From assembly GCA_043228905.1 (NCBI GenBank), contig JBHGNT010000017.1:7130001-7194000 (forward strand): 64,000 nt of DNA. The letters run 5' to 3'. Shown here piece after piece: positions 1-12,304 of this stretch. The translations under genes and the position numbers were made by a program. The notes beneath the pieces were generated by a model that was given only the letters and a program-made list of their open reading frames with translations, was not told the DNA's origin and ran no database searches. This stretch comes from Azolla caroliniana. Lineage: Eukaryota > Plantae > Polypodiophyta. Numbering within the stretch: the first letter of the stretch is position 1; each line of letters begins with the position of its first letter.

Positions 1-1
1 A

Positions 2-1609
2 GAAGTCCCTTTATGGACTGAAGCAAGCCCCGCGTGCTTGGAACGCGAAGATTACGCAACAACTGCGTCGGATGGGCTTCGTCACATCAAAATCGAACTC
101 TTCTCTATTCATCCGGAAAGGTCGACTCGGACCGGTTAGTATTTTACTATATGTTGATGACTTGGTCATCACCGGCGCCGACCTAGGTGAAATCGACTGC
201 GTGAAGCTCCAACTTGCGGTATCGTTCAACATGAAGGATCTGGGGGACCTTCATTATTTCCTCGGGATCGAAGTGATCCGTACCCCCGAAGGCATATTGA
301 TCAGCCAACGTCATTACGTGTTGAGTATGCTCCTCAAATTCGGGATGGCCAACTGTAAGTCCGTCTCGACTCCTCTGGACCGAACCGTCAAGCTTCGTCC
401 TGATACGGGAAAGGTATGCGACCCGACAAGGTTCCGACAAATTATCGGAAGCCTCATATACTTGACCATCACCCGACCCGACCTCAGTTATCCGAGGAGC
501 ACCTTCAGTGTGCGCAACGCATACTTCGGCATGTCAACGGCACTAAGGACCGGGGACTGCTATATCGGACCGGTGCAGCCGCGCAGTTAGTCGGCTACAC
601 CGATGCTGATTCGGCTGGCAATGCCGCCGATTGCCGATCCACGTCCGGATACGCGTTCTCCCTCGGGAGTGCCGCGATCGCGTGGAGCAATAAGAAGCAG
701 CCGACAGTTGCACTGTCGAGCACCGAAGCTGAGTACCGAGGGGCGGCTGTCGCGACATGTGAAGCCATATGGTTGAGGCGGCTACTTAAGGACCTGCAAG
801 CGGAGGTGTTAGATCCGACGACGATCTACTACGACAACCTCAGCAGCATCCAGCTCACGAAAAACCCCGTTTTCCAAGCACGGACCAAGCACATTGAGGT
901 GCACTACCATTTCGTCCGTGAGCGTGTCCTTTCCGGTGAAGTCGAACTTTAGTACACTCCAACGAATCGGCAGACTCCCGACATCTTCACCAAGTCTCTT
1001 GGTCTGGACAAGTTGCGGCAATTCTCGGGTGCGCTCGGATTGCGTCACCTCGACGTGCCAAACTTGAGGGGGAGAACAGTCCCAAACGACCAAGCAAGGC
1101 AGCAGGAAAGGAGCTGAGACCACGACACCGAGTCGGTTGACTCGGTTGTCGAGTTCGAGTTCGGATCGGATGAAGAAGCCGAGGGCGGACCCGCAGAAAA
1201 GTCCGGAAGCGGACAGAAGGGTAACAGTCGAAGGAGAGAGCCGAAGCCAACCACGCATGGGGAAGACGACGTCATCGAGGGCGAAAAGACCGAAGACAAG
1301 TTGGAGATAGCCAACTCGGACGAGAGCGAAAACCGATCGGAGGTAGCCGAGTTGGTTCCGATGTTTGATTCAGATATGCTGAATCAACCGAGGCCCAAAC
1401 GGAAGAAAAGGTAGCAGGAGAAGCGTCAACACCGCAACAGCAGAAGAGCTGATAAGGGCCACATGAGCGGACAAGCCAACCGGAAGGGTCGAAGCGCGCG
1501 GAGTCGAACAGGTCGAGGAGCACGAGTGAGGCGTGAAGCCAGGAGGAACCGAAGCTGTGAGCCCAAAGATCCCGAAGAGCCTCAAGTTGAGCTTGAGGGG
1601 GAGTGTTGA
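2..1609 (+). pseudogene. pol: copia pol (RT-RNase H plus long C-terminal extension), disrupted
   Basis: ORFs 72-590 and 416-952 are joined by a frameshifting deletion at ~494. The RNase H frame continues through TAG 950, TGA 1115 and TAG 1412 to TGA 1607-1609. Confidence 0.85.
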
Positions 1610-2035
1610 GAGACAAGCTCAACATCGGCCGGATCGGCTGAAGAAGCCGAGGACCGGATCGGTTGGGACCGATCGGTTAGGCCGAATGTGTAAACCGGTA
1701 CGCAGACCGGTGCGTAGGTAGGGCCGGATCGGTGCGTAAACCGGGAGGCCGTTACGAAAGATATTCCGTGAGGAATATATTTGGGAGTTAGTGTAGGAGC
1801 TCTGAATGAGCATTGAAGTATTGTCAGTCCTTCTAGGACTTGTATAAAAGTGTTCATTGAACACACATATGTATAGAGTGGTGAATAGAGTGTTGAATAT
1901 ACTTCTTGTCATTTTTCCTCTCTCATTCTCTTTGTCTCTCCCGCGTATACTGTGTAAGCTCAAGCTCTCCATTAAATCTGAGTTTTCATCCTTCTGTTCG
2001 GTCTTCATACTTGCTTCCGCACGCTACTTTCTACA
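1604..2035 (+). repeat. 3' LTR of copia A
   Basis: Follows the PPT; TG...CA ends; TATAAAA at ~1843; homologous to LTRs at 15307 and 30311. Confidence 0.85.
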
Positions 2036-4795
2036 AACACCAATTCAAGGAGTCAAGCCAAGGCCTACCATACTTGGGAGTCCCTGCCTGCAACCTATTG
2101 CAAAGTAGAACCTTCCAACACCCCTTACCTGGCAGGAAGCTGTGAACCACCATTTTGGCTAGCAATGCTCAGGTCTGCATTAAGGGGTCTATAAGGTCAA
2201 GCCCCCCTTTGGGCCGCGGTTGTGTTAACCAATGCCATGACACTCTAGCGGCAGCCATCAGGCTATCATTACCTGACCATATAAACCCCCTGATGGCAGC
2301 CTTAACCGCGTGCAAGCCTGAAGGGTCTATAATCTAGCACGAGACTGAATGCCACATGGCGGTGAGCATTACTTGGTTGGCAATAAGAACCCTACCAGCA
2401 AAGGATAGTTTAGACCTACTCCATTGGGTCAACTTCTTGCGTAGTTTGGCTTGCACATGTGACAATTGCGCTCCCTTGGGGATTGCCCTCCCCATCATAA
2501 ATCTGAGGTACTTGAGTGGCACCTTGGCTTCTCTTGTTCGCTGAACCAGAGGCCTTGGGTTTTATCCCAATTGATCTTGGCACCGTCAGCCTGACAAAAG
2601 TCTTCAACAAGATGTTCAACTCGCTACAAATTTGCATCGTCGCCCTGCAAAAAAAGGACCGTATCATCGGCATATTCAGATAACAGAAGATCCTCAGTCA
2701 CATTGGGGATGGGCAATCCCCTCAGTCCGTTGCTTGGTGCTTGTAAGTAGGCTGAGAAAGCCTCGGTTACAAAGAGATAGAGATATGGGGCTAGGGGACA
2801 ACCTTGCCTCACTGAGCGATGTAGTTGGAAGGCGGGGCCCCTTGCGCCAGATACCAACACGCTACTGGTAGCAGTCTGATAGAGTGCAAAAGTGCAATTC
2901 CTCCATTGTGGGGGAAGGCCGATAGCTCTCATCACGCTTTCCAAAAAGGGCCATAACACCCTGTCGTAGGCCTTCTCAATGTCTAACATCAAAATAGCCG
3001 AGCTCGATGCGGTGCGATCTGCCAATGCTATAACTTCCCAGAGAAGCAACACATTATCAAAGATACACCCACCCTGATAAACCCTGTTTGATTCTCATGT
3101 ATGATGTCCGGTAGGAAGCTTGTTATCCGCCTAGCTAGGACTTTTGCGAGTATCTTGTATATCGTGTTAAGGATAGTGATTGGACGCCATTGGCGCAGCT
3201 CGAGGCTTCGTCCTGCCGCTTTAGGGATGAGATAGATCATCCCCTTCGCTAGTCCAGTTGGCATCGCTCCTGAGGACCAAATCTCTTGAATCCCGGCTTC
3301 CACTGACAGGATAACGGTTTCCCAATGAATCTCAAAAAAATCTCGTGAGAGATCATCAAGGCCGGGGCATGTTCCTCTTTGCAAATCCCGAAGTGCCTCC
3401 GAGAGTTCTAATCGAGAAATGGGGCTATTGAGCACAACTTCCATCTCATGGGTGACCTTGGGGTGAATGCAAGCCATCACTCTCTCAGCCAACTCCGTGT
3501 TTTGCTGCATATGCATAGGTGCGAGCAAGTCGTGATAGTATTGGGTTGCCATATGTAGAATCTCATCATTGTCTTCCGTTATTGAGCCATCTGGTTTGTG
3601 CAGCCCTTGTATATGTCCACCACCACCCTTGGGTGCCCTGGAGTGAAAAAATGACGGTTGACTTGTCGTCTATTCTAGCCCACCATGTTGTGGCCTTGCA
3701 AAATAGCATGCGGTTCTTCTCCAACGTCCTTTCCCACAGCTTCAACTTTGCTTCCTCCAACTTAGCTCTAGACCAATTGCAGCTAGGGTCTGCTTGTAGC
3801 AATCGTTGCGTGGCCGCAACGGACTTCCGTAATTTTGTTTCCATGGCTCTAGCCTGCTAGAGGGCCAGCTTGGTTTCCTGTTGTAAAAAGGAGGAGAAGG
3901 CTAATTTCTTCTACAAATCCTCACTGGCCAATTCACTTACAATGGTCTCCCGCCATATGCTCTACTGCTTTCACCTTTGCACTCTTCATGATCTTTGTGG
4001 GGATTTTCATAGTGAGACTCCCCTTGCTACCGCGAGGTGGGTTAAGGTCTAATCTCATCGGCTAGTGATCGAGAAGGTAAGACCTACCAAGATAGCGAAG
4101 GAGCCCCCCAGCTCTTCGAGGGACGAGCTGATGTATATGCGGTCTAGCCGTGCAAGACTACCACCCCTAGCAGTCACTACAGCTCGGGAGAAGTGTAGCG
4201 AATGTGAACATCTCCTAAGGGAAGAGCCCCATGTATCCTTCACCCCAATTTTCCCAATTAGGAAAGCCCATGAGTCCAACTCCGCACCATGAAGTGGTCT
4301 TTGGGTCCCCCCTTTCCTATCTCCCAGATGCTCAGTCATGTTGAAATCTTCGGCCATTACCCACGCCTCTGCTTCTGGCAATGTTGTCACTAACCTCCTC
4401 CAAAAGATTGCTCTCTCGGGGGAAGAGTTAGGAGCATAAATGTTTAGCACCCCAATCTGAAGGCGATTCCACTTCAACAACACATATAAGGCTCTACCCG
4501 CTACCAGTGTGCCATGTGATGTTACTTCATAACGGGCCTGATCGCTAATCGAGATGCAGACCCCTCCTCTTCGGTGGAGGTCACTCTGTGCAGCCGACCA
4601 CCACGTGGTCCACCCACCCGACAAGAGATTTACTAGGCTCTGAGTTCTCTCTTTAGAGAGGTGGTGTTCCTGCAAAAGCAATATGTCAATGTTGCCCCCT
4701 ATATTAAGGGGATTCAACCCCTCCTGAAGACTTTTGCACTCATATTGTTTTCGGCCTCCACCAAGGCCCTGCACATTCCATGTTAGGATCCTCAT
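2036..4795 (-). pseudogene. LINE ORF2 (endonuclease-reverse transcriptase), fragmented
   Basis: MRILTWNVQGL, LQEHH, NIYAPN, EDFN and RLDRIY (EEP domain); WRPITILN, LDIEKAYDRV, VRQGCPLAP, YADD and KYL...LSFAGRVL (RT and following region); multiple frameshifts and stops. Confidence 0.92.
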
Positions 4796-5683
4796 CTGAA
4801 GGCGGTGAGGTTGACGCCCATGTCGGGGCCGACCCCCATGTCAGGGGACACATCCTATCATCTACTTATGGGGGTAGGGACTCCACAATAGATTGGAGAG
4901 CCCCTAAGGGATTCCCAGCCAGCTGTTCTCAGCTCGCTTCAAATAGTTCTCGCGATACAGTTTGCCTCCTAAGCGGTTGCATATCCAGCACCCCTCTAGC
5001 CCAGAGAGATGTCACCAAACCAGATGATGGGCTGCCTATTTTACTCTTGATCGTGCCCGTTCAGATCCATGACTTCACTAATCTGAGGTCACCACCACAT
5101 TCACGTTCCATCTTGAGGGGGGCCTTTGACAACTTCTCCTCCGGGGTGGACGGTACCTGTTGTGGTTGCATCTCCATCGAGGTGGAGAACACGAGTTTGG
5201 GGGATAGGGATTCGCAAGGGGACATCGTTGCTGCCAACAATTCTGGGTCGCCATCCCCTAGCCCATGGAGCAATGTGAATCTGTTGGACGTTCTCACCTG
5301 TAGGTTGAGCGCCTCCGCACTCCCCGAGAGGATCTCCACCCGTTTCGAGGGTTGTTCGTCCACACTTGCTTGTGACAAGGTAGGAGAACTTCTTTCTACG
5401 GGACAATCTTGAAAGATGACGTGGAATACGCAGATTAATCTCCGGCCACAACCGAAGCGTAGATCACTTGATGACAATCAAAACACAGACGAAATGGGAA
5501 TGGAGGTAAGTACACAAAACAGAAAGAGAATACACAGGATATTAACGTGGAAAACCCTGAGAGGGAAAAACCACGAGAGTCCACAGACTCCAAACTATCA
5601 CTATGTAATGTAATACAACAGGGAGCACAGAGGCAACGACCTCTTGCTCACAATCTTCGCCTAGCAGCGGTTACAACAAAGAC

Positions 5684-5753
<70 letters not shown>

Positions 5754-6953
5754 GCATTGTACAGAAGTTACACCAATAACTCTATCATCATCACTATTAA
5801 GTTTGCCCTAGGTCATATTTATACTAATATGACTTTCGGGCTATTTACAAATATAGCCCCAGTGGGCTCTCTAAAACATATTTACATATATGTCCCTTCC
5901 ATCCGATGAGAAGTTCTCACCGGGCCTACAACATCCGGTTCTCACCGGGTCTTCCTTGTCGGGTACTCGTCATCCGGTTATCACCGGTACTCCACATCCG
6001 GTTCTCACCGAGTCTTCCTTGTCGGGTACTCGTCATCCGGTTATCACCGGTACTCCACATCCGGTTCTCACCGGGTTTTTCGTTGTCGGGTACTTGTCAT
6101 CCCATCTGGAGGGACCGAGATCCTAACAAAAGAGGGGGGGAGAGGCTGCACCTAGGCTTCGAAGTTTCCCCTTCTTCTTGACTGGGTGCCAAGGAGCCTC
6201 GCTACCCTTGGGAGGCTCGGCCTTCCCTGAGGTTCAAGGGCCCGAGTACTCTGCGTTGATACCACTCTGACATTCCTTAGCTAGGTGCCCTTTTTGTTTG
6301 CAGATGAAACACTGCCCAAGGAGTCCCTCATATACCACATTCACCATTGTCGGCCCTAGCTCCTCAGAGTAGAGCCTAACTCTAGTAGGAAGTCCATGGA
6401 GGGAAGGCACTAAGATGCGTAGCTTGGACACCTCCGCTATAGTATCTGCCATGGACATTTTGTTAGGGTAAATCGTCCCTATTTGTTCATCAAAAAAAGG
6501 AAGCAGATGACACAAGTGAGGAGGGAGGCTAGGAAATGTTGCGGTGATCACCCTAGGATTGTTAAGTTTCCGCACCTCCTCAATTGGATTGAACCCTAGT
6601 GACCACGGCTTGAGCAACACCTTACCGTACTTCAATTCAAGTACCTTGAGCTCTATCAATGGTTGTGCCAGCGCGTCATCCCCCAATTCAATGTGGAAGA
6701 AATTTTTCCCCAAACCCCGGACGCTCTTGATCGGGGGCATGGTTTCCATCACAGCCACTTGGAGCATGTCCCGAACCATGGCACGACTTGGTCTACCTGC
6801 AAGGAACCTACATACAAAGGAAGTACGACGTAGGCATTCGATTTCCTCCGCTAAGAACCGATTGGCCTCTGGGGACAGGGTGATGTCTAGATCTGTGCCA
6901 TCTTCTTCCTGTAGTACAGTGGGTTCTGCTCGAAGCTCCGTTTCTCCCACCAT
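4792..6953 (-). pseudogene. LINE ORF1 (plant L1-type, zinc knuckle), split by a solo LTR
   Basis: ORF 6234-6953 has GLGKNFFHIEL...LKPWSLGFNP and CFICKQKGHLAKEC. The low-complexity C-terminus resumes at 5416 (…FQDCPVERSS…NRFTLL). Confidence 0.75.
5417..6128 (-). mobile_element. Solo LTR related to the B/D copia family
   Basis: TG...CA ends; perfect 5-bp TSD AAAGA (5412-5416, 6129-6133); shares GTGGAAAACCCT...GGGAAAAACCACG and CATCCGG repeats with the LTRs of B; (CT)n at ~5687-5749. Confidence 0.9.
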
Positions 6954-7263
6954 TGCACTCTCCGGTTTTGTTTTTTGTTTTTTGTTTTTTACCCCCCTTC
7001 CCTTTTTGATGTGTTTTGTTTTCTTTCTTCTTCTCTCCCCTTTTTTTTTTTTTAAGTATAAATATAAATTTTGATTTTTAATAGTTTTATAGATGTACTT
7101 TATTTATTGTTTATTTTAATAATAATATTTTTTTGATTAAATTTATTTACTTATTATTTATTAGTTTTTTAAAATTTACTTTATTTATTACTTATTTTAA
7201 TAAGAATAATATTATTATTTATTTATTTATTTGGGGCGGGGGCGGGGGTATGGGATTGGAGAG

Positions 7264-7460
7264 AGGGAGGCCACTCTTCGAATTGTGGGTTTGGAGGGGG
7301 CCACTCCTCGAACTGTGAGGTTTGGGGAGGCCCACTCTTCGAACTGTGGGTTTGGAGGGACCCACTCTTCGAACCCTCTCCTCAAACTGTGGGTTTGGGG
7401 AGGCCCACAGTTTGAACCTTCTCCTCGAATTCTCTCACCCTCTCCTCAAATCCTCGAACT
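7264..7460. repeat. ~30-bp degenerate tandem repeat, about 5 copies
   Basis: Unit GGGAGGCCCACTCTTCGAACTGTGGGTTT, next to an AT-rich tract at 7050-7230. Confidence 0.7.
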
Positions 7461-7675
7461 TAACCCTACAGCGCCTCTGCTGAGAGGCAGCGGCGGCGTG
7501 ATTCAGTCAACTCTTGCTCCTGCAGTGGCCGTTAAACCTTAGTGAGAAGAAAGGTCGTGCTGCTGCACCCTTCCCCGGAGGCCGCTACCTCCACTGCACC
7601 GATGCCGGCCTCCGCTGCCTGCTCCTTGTTTCTTTATGTTGCTGCTCCTGTCTTCATCGTTGCTGGGGACACTCT

Positions 7676-8394
7676 TGTTAGAAATTGACGGTTTCAAAAC
7701 CTTCGCCTCTCGGTCACTACTGAGGAAACACGAGTCAATGCAGTAGTAAATCGAAAACACAGAGAGAGACTCGAATGCACAGGGTTTAGCGTGGAAAACC
7801 CTAGACGGGAAAAACCACGGGAGTGCAAGACTCCAACTATCACTATACGCAGGGAATGTACAATGGCGAGCTGCAAGGCGACGACCTTGAGCTCGCTGTC
7901 CTCGCCACAGGCGGCGGTATTACACAGAGGCGTCTACCTCTTCCTTTCTCTCTCTCTCACTCTCTCTCTCGGCTGCTCTCACTTCGCTCCCTCTAAGTGG
8001 AAAACAGAAAAATGAGCAACAACTACAAAATTGTTTGCCCTAAGTCATATTTATACACATATGACTTTCGGGCTATTTACAAATATAGCCTAGAGGGCCC
8101 TTGGCAAACATATTCACAAATATGTCCCCGCATCCGGATCTCTCTCCGGGTACATTCGTCATCCGGCTCCGTAGCCGGGGTCTTCATCATCCGGATCTCT
8201 CTCCGGGTACATTCGTCATCCGGCTCCGTAGCCGGGGGTCTTCATCATCCGGATCCGAAACCGGGTCTTCATCATCCGGTTCCGATACCGGGTCTTCATC
8301 ATCCGGTTCCGATACCGGGTACTCCTCATTCGGGTCTTCATTCCCGATTCCCGGACATCTGACCATCCCATCCGGAGGGACCGTAATCCCAACA
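7676..8394 (-). repeat. 3' LTR of B (719 bp)
   Basis: Near-identical to 12305-13057 apart from two tandem duplications and a few substitutions. Confidence 0.95.
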
Positions 8395-8404
8395 AACTCC
8401 CCCT

Positions 8405-11400
8405 TCACTTCGGCATGGGATGTCTTTCCAGTCCGACTCTCTTCCGGCACGCTTCCAGCTTGTCGGGTGTGAGCACTTTGGTCAGCATATCTGACCCGTT
8501 CTCGTCCGTGTGGATCTTCGTCAGCGCGAACTCCTGGTCTTCTATCCTTTCCCGGATCCAGTGATATCTTCGCTGGATGTGCTTCGTCCGGGAGTGATAG
8601 GCCGCATTCTTCGCAAGGTGGATGGCACTCTGACTGTTGCAGTAGAGTCGGTACTCCTCCTGCCGGATACCGAGCTCTCTAATGAAGTCCTTCATCCATA
8701 TTATTTCCTTGCCGGCTTCTACAGCCGCCATGTACTCCGCCTCCGTGGTTGACAACGCAACCGTCTTCTGCAGCCTCGACTGCCACGAAACAGCTCCCCC
8801 TGCATACGTCATCACATACCCTGATGTGGACCGGCTGGTATCTGCATCAGCCGACATATCCGAATCGGTAAAGCCGTCGAGTTCGGGCTTACCGGAGCCG
8901 AATCGGAGGCACACGTTTGCCGTGCCCTTCAGGTATCGGAGTATCCACTTGGCCGCGTTCCAGTGCTCTTTGCCGGGATTGCTCATGTAACGGCTCACCA
9001 CTCCGACTGCATATCCTATGTCCGGTCTTGTACACACCATTGCGTACATCAAGCTTCCGACGGCAGAGGCATATGGTACTTTCATCATGTCCTCCTTCTC
9101 AGCCTTTGTCTTGGGGCTTTGCTTGCTGGACAACTTGCAGTTTGCCGGGAGGGTTGACCCGACCGGTCTTGCTTCCGACATGTTGAACCGGTGAAGCACC
9201 TTTGTCACGTACTTCTCCTGTGACAGCCACAACTGCTTCTTCTTCCGGTCCCGGATGATGTGCATCCCTAGTATTTGCCTTGCCGGACCCAGGTCCTTCA
9301 TTGAGAAGGTTCGGTGAAGCGCTTTCTTCAGCATCCGTATCTTGACCTGGTCCCGTCCGACGATCAACATGTCGTCCACGTACAGGAGGAGTATTAGAAA
9401 GTCTCCTCCTTCGAACTTCTTCACAAACACGCAGTGATTGGACTGCGTTTTGTGGTACCCTTCGTCGGTCATGAAAGAGTCGAACTTCCGGTACCATTGC
9501 CGGGGAGCCTGCTTCAGTCCGTAAAGGCTCTTCTTCAACCGGCATACCAAGTGCTCCTTCCCTTTCTTCTCGAATCCTTCCGGTTGCTGCATGTAGATCT
9601 CTTCTTCGAGATCACCGTGAAGGAATGCCGTCTTCACGTCCATCTGTTCTACCTCGAGGTCCATGCTTGCCGCTATGCTCAGCACCGTCCGTATGGAGGT
9701 CATCTTCACTACCGGGGCAAATATCTCGTCGAAGTCGACGCCCTTCTTCTGCTGGAACCCCTTCACCACGATCCTGGCTTTGTATCTCGGGGGGTTTCCG
9801 GCATCTCCCGGTTTCAGCTTGAACACCCACTTGTTTCGAAGTGCCCGCTTTCCATTCGGCAACTCCACAAGTTCATATGTGTGGTTCTCATGCTGGGAAT
9901 CCATCTCCTACTGCATGGCACTTAACCACCTGCGGCTATGGGTGTCAAGCTTTGCTTCTTCAAAACTCTCCGGCTCCCCCTCGTCGGTTAGCAGCACGTG
10001 CTCTGGTTCCGGAAATCTCCGGGGGGCCCTTCTCTCTCTTAGAGGATATCTCCGTTCCGGAGCTTCGGTAACCGGCTCCTCCGTTTCCTCTTCATCCGAA
10101 TCCATTTCGGGATCGGGGCCGGTTCCGGTATCAGTTTCATCTTCCTCGGCCGGTTCTGTTTCTTCACCGTCTTCGGCCGGATCCTCGAGTGCTAACCGGT
10201 CCCTTGCCGGTCGGGACTGCTCCTCGTAGAGTTGATCCTCACCGGTCGACTTGGAGCTCTTCATCTTCTTCTCCGACTCCCAGTCGGCGAGTGTCTTGTC
10301 CTCCATGAAGATGATATCACGACTCCGGAATATCTTTTTGTCGACCGGGTCCCATACTCGGTAGTCGAACTCGTCATCGCCGTAACCGAGGAATATGCAT
10401 GGCCGGGTCTTTGGATCTAGCTTTCCTCTCCGGTCCTTTGCCACATGCACATATGCGAGACACCCGAACACCTTCAGATGCCGGTAGGATACTTCCCTAC
10501 CGGTCCACACTCTCTACGGCGTGTCTCCGTCCAAAGGTACTGAGGGTGATCTGTTTATCACGTATGTCGCCGTCGACATTGCCTCAGCCCAAAACTCCTT
10601 GGGTAATTTCGCATGCGCCAGCATACTCCGGACCCTCTCCATTATGGTCCGGTTCATCCTCTCGGCCAGCCCGTTCAGTTCCGGCGTCTTCGGCACAGTA
10701 AACTCGAGCTGGATTCCCTTCGAGCGACAGTACTCCTTGAACTGCCCCCGGTATTCCCCTCCGTTATCCGCTCGTATCGCTTTCAGCTTCTTGCCGGATT
10801 CACAACACTTGGTCCTTTGTCTTCAACGGTGCCGTCCACAGCTTCCGGTTGTGGTCATCAATGAATGTCACGAAGTACTGGGCTCCGCCATGTGACTTCG
10901 TTTCTACTTGACACACGTCAGTGTGCACCAACTCCAATGGTGCGCTACGTCTCGTCGGTGGCCTTGAGTGGAAGGAGGTTCGGTTCTGCTTACCGGCCAG
11001 GCAATCGGTGCACTTCTCCAGGTGCACATGCTTCACTGGAATAAGGTTGTCTTCTGCAAGCCTCTTCATCCCCTTCTCACTCATGTGGCACAGTCTCTTG
11101 TGCCACAGCTCACCGGCAGTGTCGGCTGCCACGTTCAACTCCTCCGGACACAACCAGGCATTCATAAGGTACAGTGTGTTGACTTTCCGGGCCCGAGCCA
11201 CTATCAGGCTCCCCTTGCTGAACTTCATTACGCAGTTCCGGATGCTACCTGTGTAGCCTTCATCGTCTAGCCTCCCGGCCGAAATCAGGTTCAATCGAAC
11301 CTCCGGAACGTGTCGGACATCCTTCAGCAACATTTTGCATCCGGTCGAGGTTGTCAACCACACGTCTCCTATGCCGGCAATCCGGCACGTACCTTCATTT

Positions 11401-12272
11401 CCCATCCGAACACAGCCATGCTCACCGGCTGTGTAGGATGAGAAGTATCTTCTTTCCGGGGTCAGGTGGAACGACGCTCCGGAATCGACCACCCAGGCAG
11501 TCTCATCGCCGGCAATGTTTAGTTCACCTTCTTCGGTGATGAGCATGATCTCCTCTTCACTTGCCGCGAGTGCCGTCGTTCCTCTCCGGTCCTGCCCTCG
11601 CCGATCCGAACCATTCCGGTCCGTGGCTCCCCGGTAAGCACCGTTCCGTTCCGAAGACTTCTTCGAATCGGTGTCGTCGGCTCCGTTGTCTTTTCGGTAA
11701 TGCCGACAATTCTTTCGGAAGTGCCCCGGCTTCCCACAGTGGAAGCATGCGGGCCTTCCTCTTGACTGCGACCGGGTCCCCGACTTCTCCCGTCTTTGCG
11801 GACTCCGGTTCCGTTGTCTTCCCCGATCCGATTCGGCAAGCAGCATCTTCGGATCGGAGGCCGGTTCTTTATCTCTCCGACGCGCTTCTTCATTCAAAAT
11901 GCTTGTCTTTACCGTTTGTAGGGACAAGTTATCTTCGGTGCAGGAGGTGCTGAGAGTCACCACCAAGTTCTCCCAGCTTTCCGGCAATGTACACATCAGC
12001 ATGATGGCTTGCATTGCATCCTCCAACGGGAACTTGATCGCCGCAAGCTGGTTCACGAATCCCATGAACGTGCTTACGTGTTCCACTATACTCTCGCCGT
12101 CCCGGTACTTGAGGTTCACTATCTTCCTCATCAGGGAGGTCCGGTTCAACGCATTCTTCCTCTCGTAGAGGCCCGACAGCTTCTGCCACATCTCATATGC
12201 GTTGGTGTCGTTCGCCACATGTTGTAGAACGCTCACGTCGACGTATTGCCGAATGGTTGCAACGGCTTTCCG
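8405..12272 (-). pseudogene. gag-pol of B (gag, PR, INT, RT, RH), disrupted
   Basis: CFHCGKPGHFRKNC, WVVDSGAS, LVHTDVC, YVDD and DSDM motifs; versus D it has a 170-bp deletion removing the ATG, a 35-bp frameshifting deletion at ~10800, and TAG stops at ~10514 and ~9908. Confidence 0.93.
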
Positions 12273-12304
12273 TTTTCTGCACTGCCGTCGCTCTGATACC
12301 AGAT

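Larger units (their letters stand above)
1..2035 (+). mobile_element. Ty1/copia LTR retrotransposon 'A', 3' part (5' part outside window), inserted into LINE ORF2
   Basis: RT motifs LYGLKQAPRAW and YVDD; RNase H motifs GYTDAD, SSTEAEY and KHIEVHYHF; PPT GAGGGGGAG 1595-1603; LTR TGTTGAG...TCTACA 1604-2035; LINE sequence follows immediately. Confidence 0.92.
2036..7050 (-). mobile_element. L1-clade LINE, decayed, near-complete 5' end; 3' end cut by copia A
   Basis: ORF1 with a CCHC knuckle, then ORF2 APE endonuclease and RT on the same strand; the 5' limit is approximate (A-rich leader). Confidence 0.88.

Noticed and set aside
4780-5412. 210-aa plus-strand ORF, and the many antisense ORFs over B, D, J and H
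   Set aside because: These are shadow frames of GC-rich transposon coding sequence with no independent motifs.
5930-6095. Regularly spaced repeats resembling a CRISPR array (also 7264-7460, 8130-8340, 22140-22275)
   Set aside because: The intervening sequences are themselves repeated, there are no cas genes, and the context is eukaryotic; most are LTR U3 tandem arrays.
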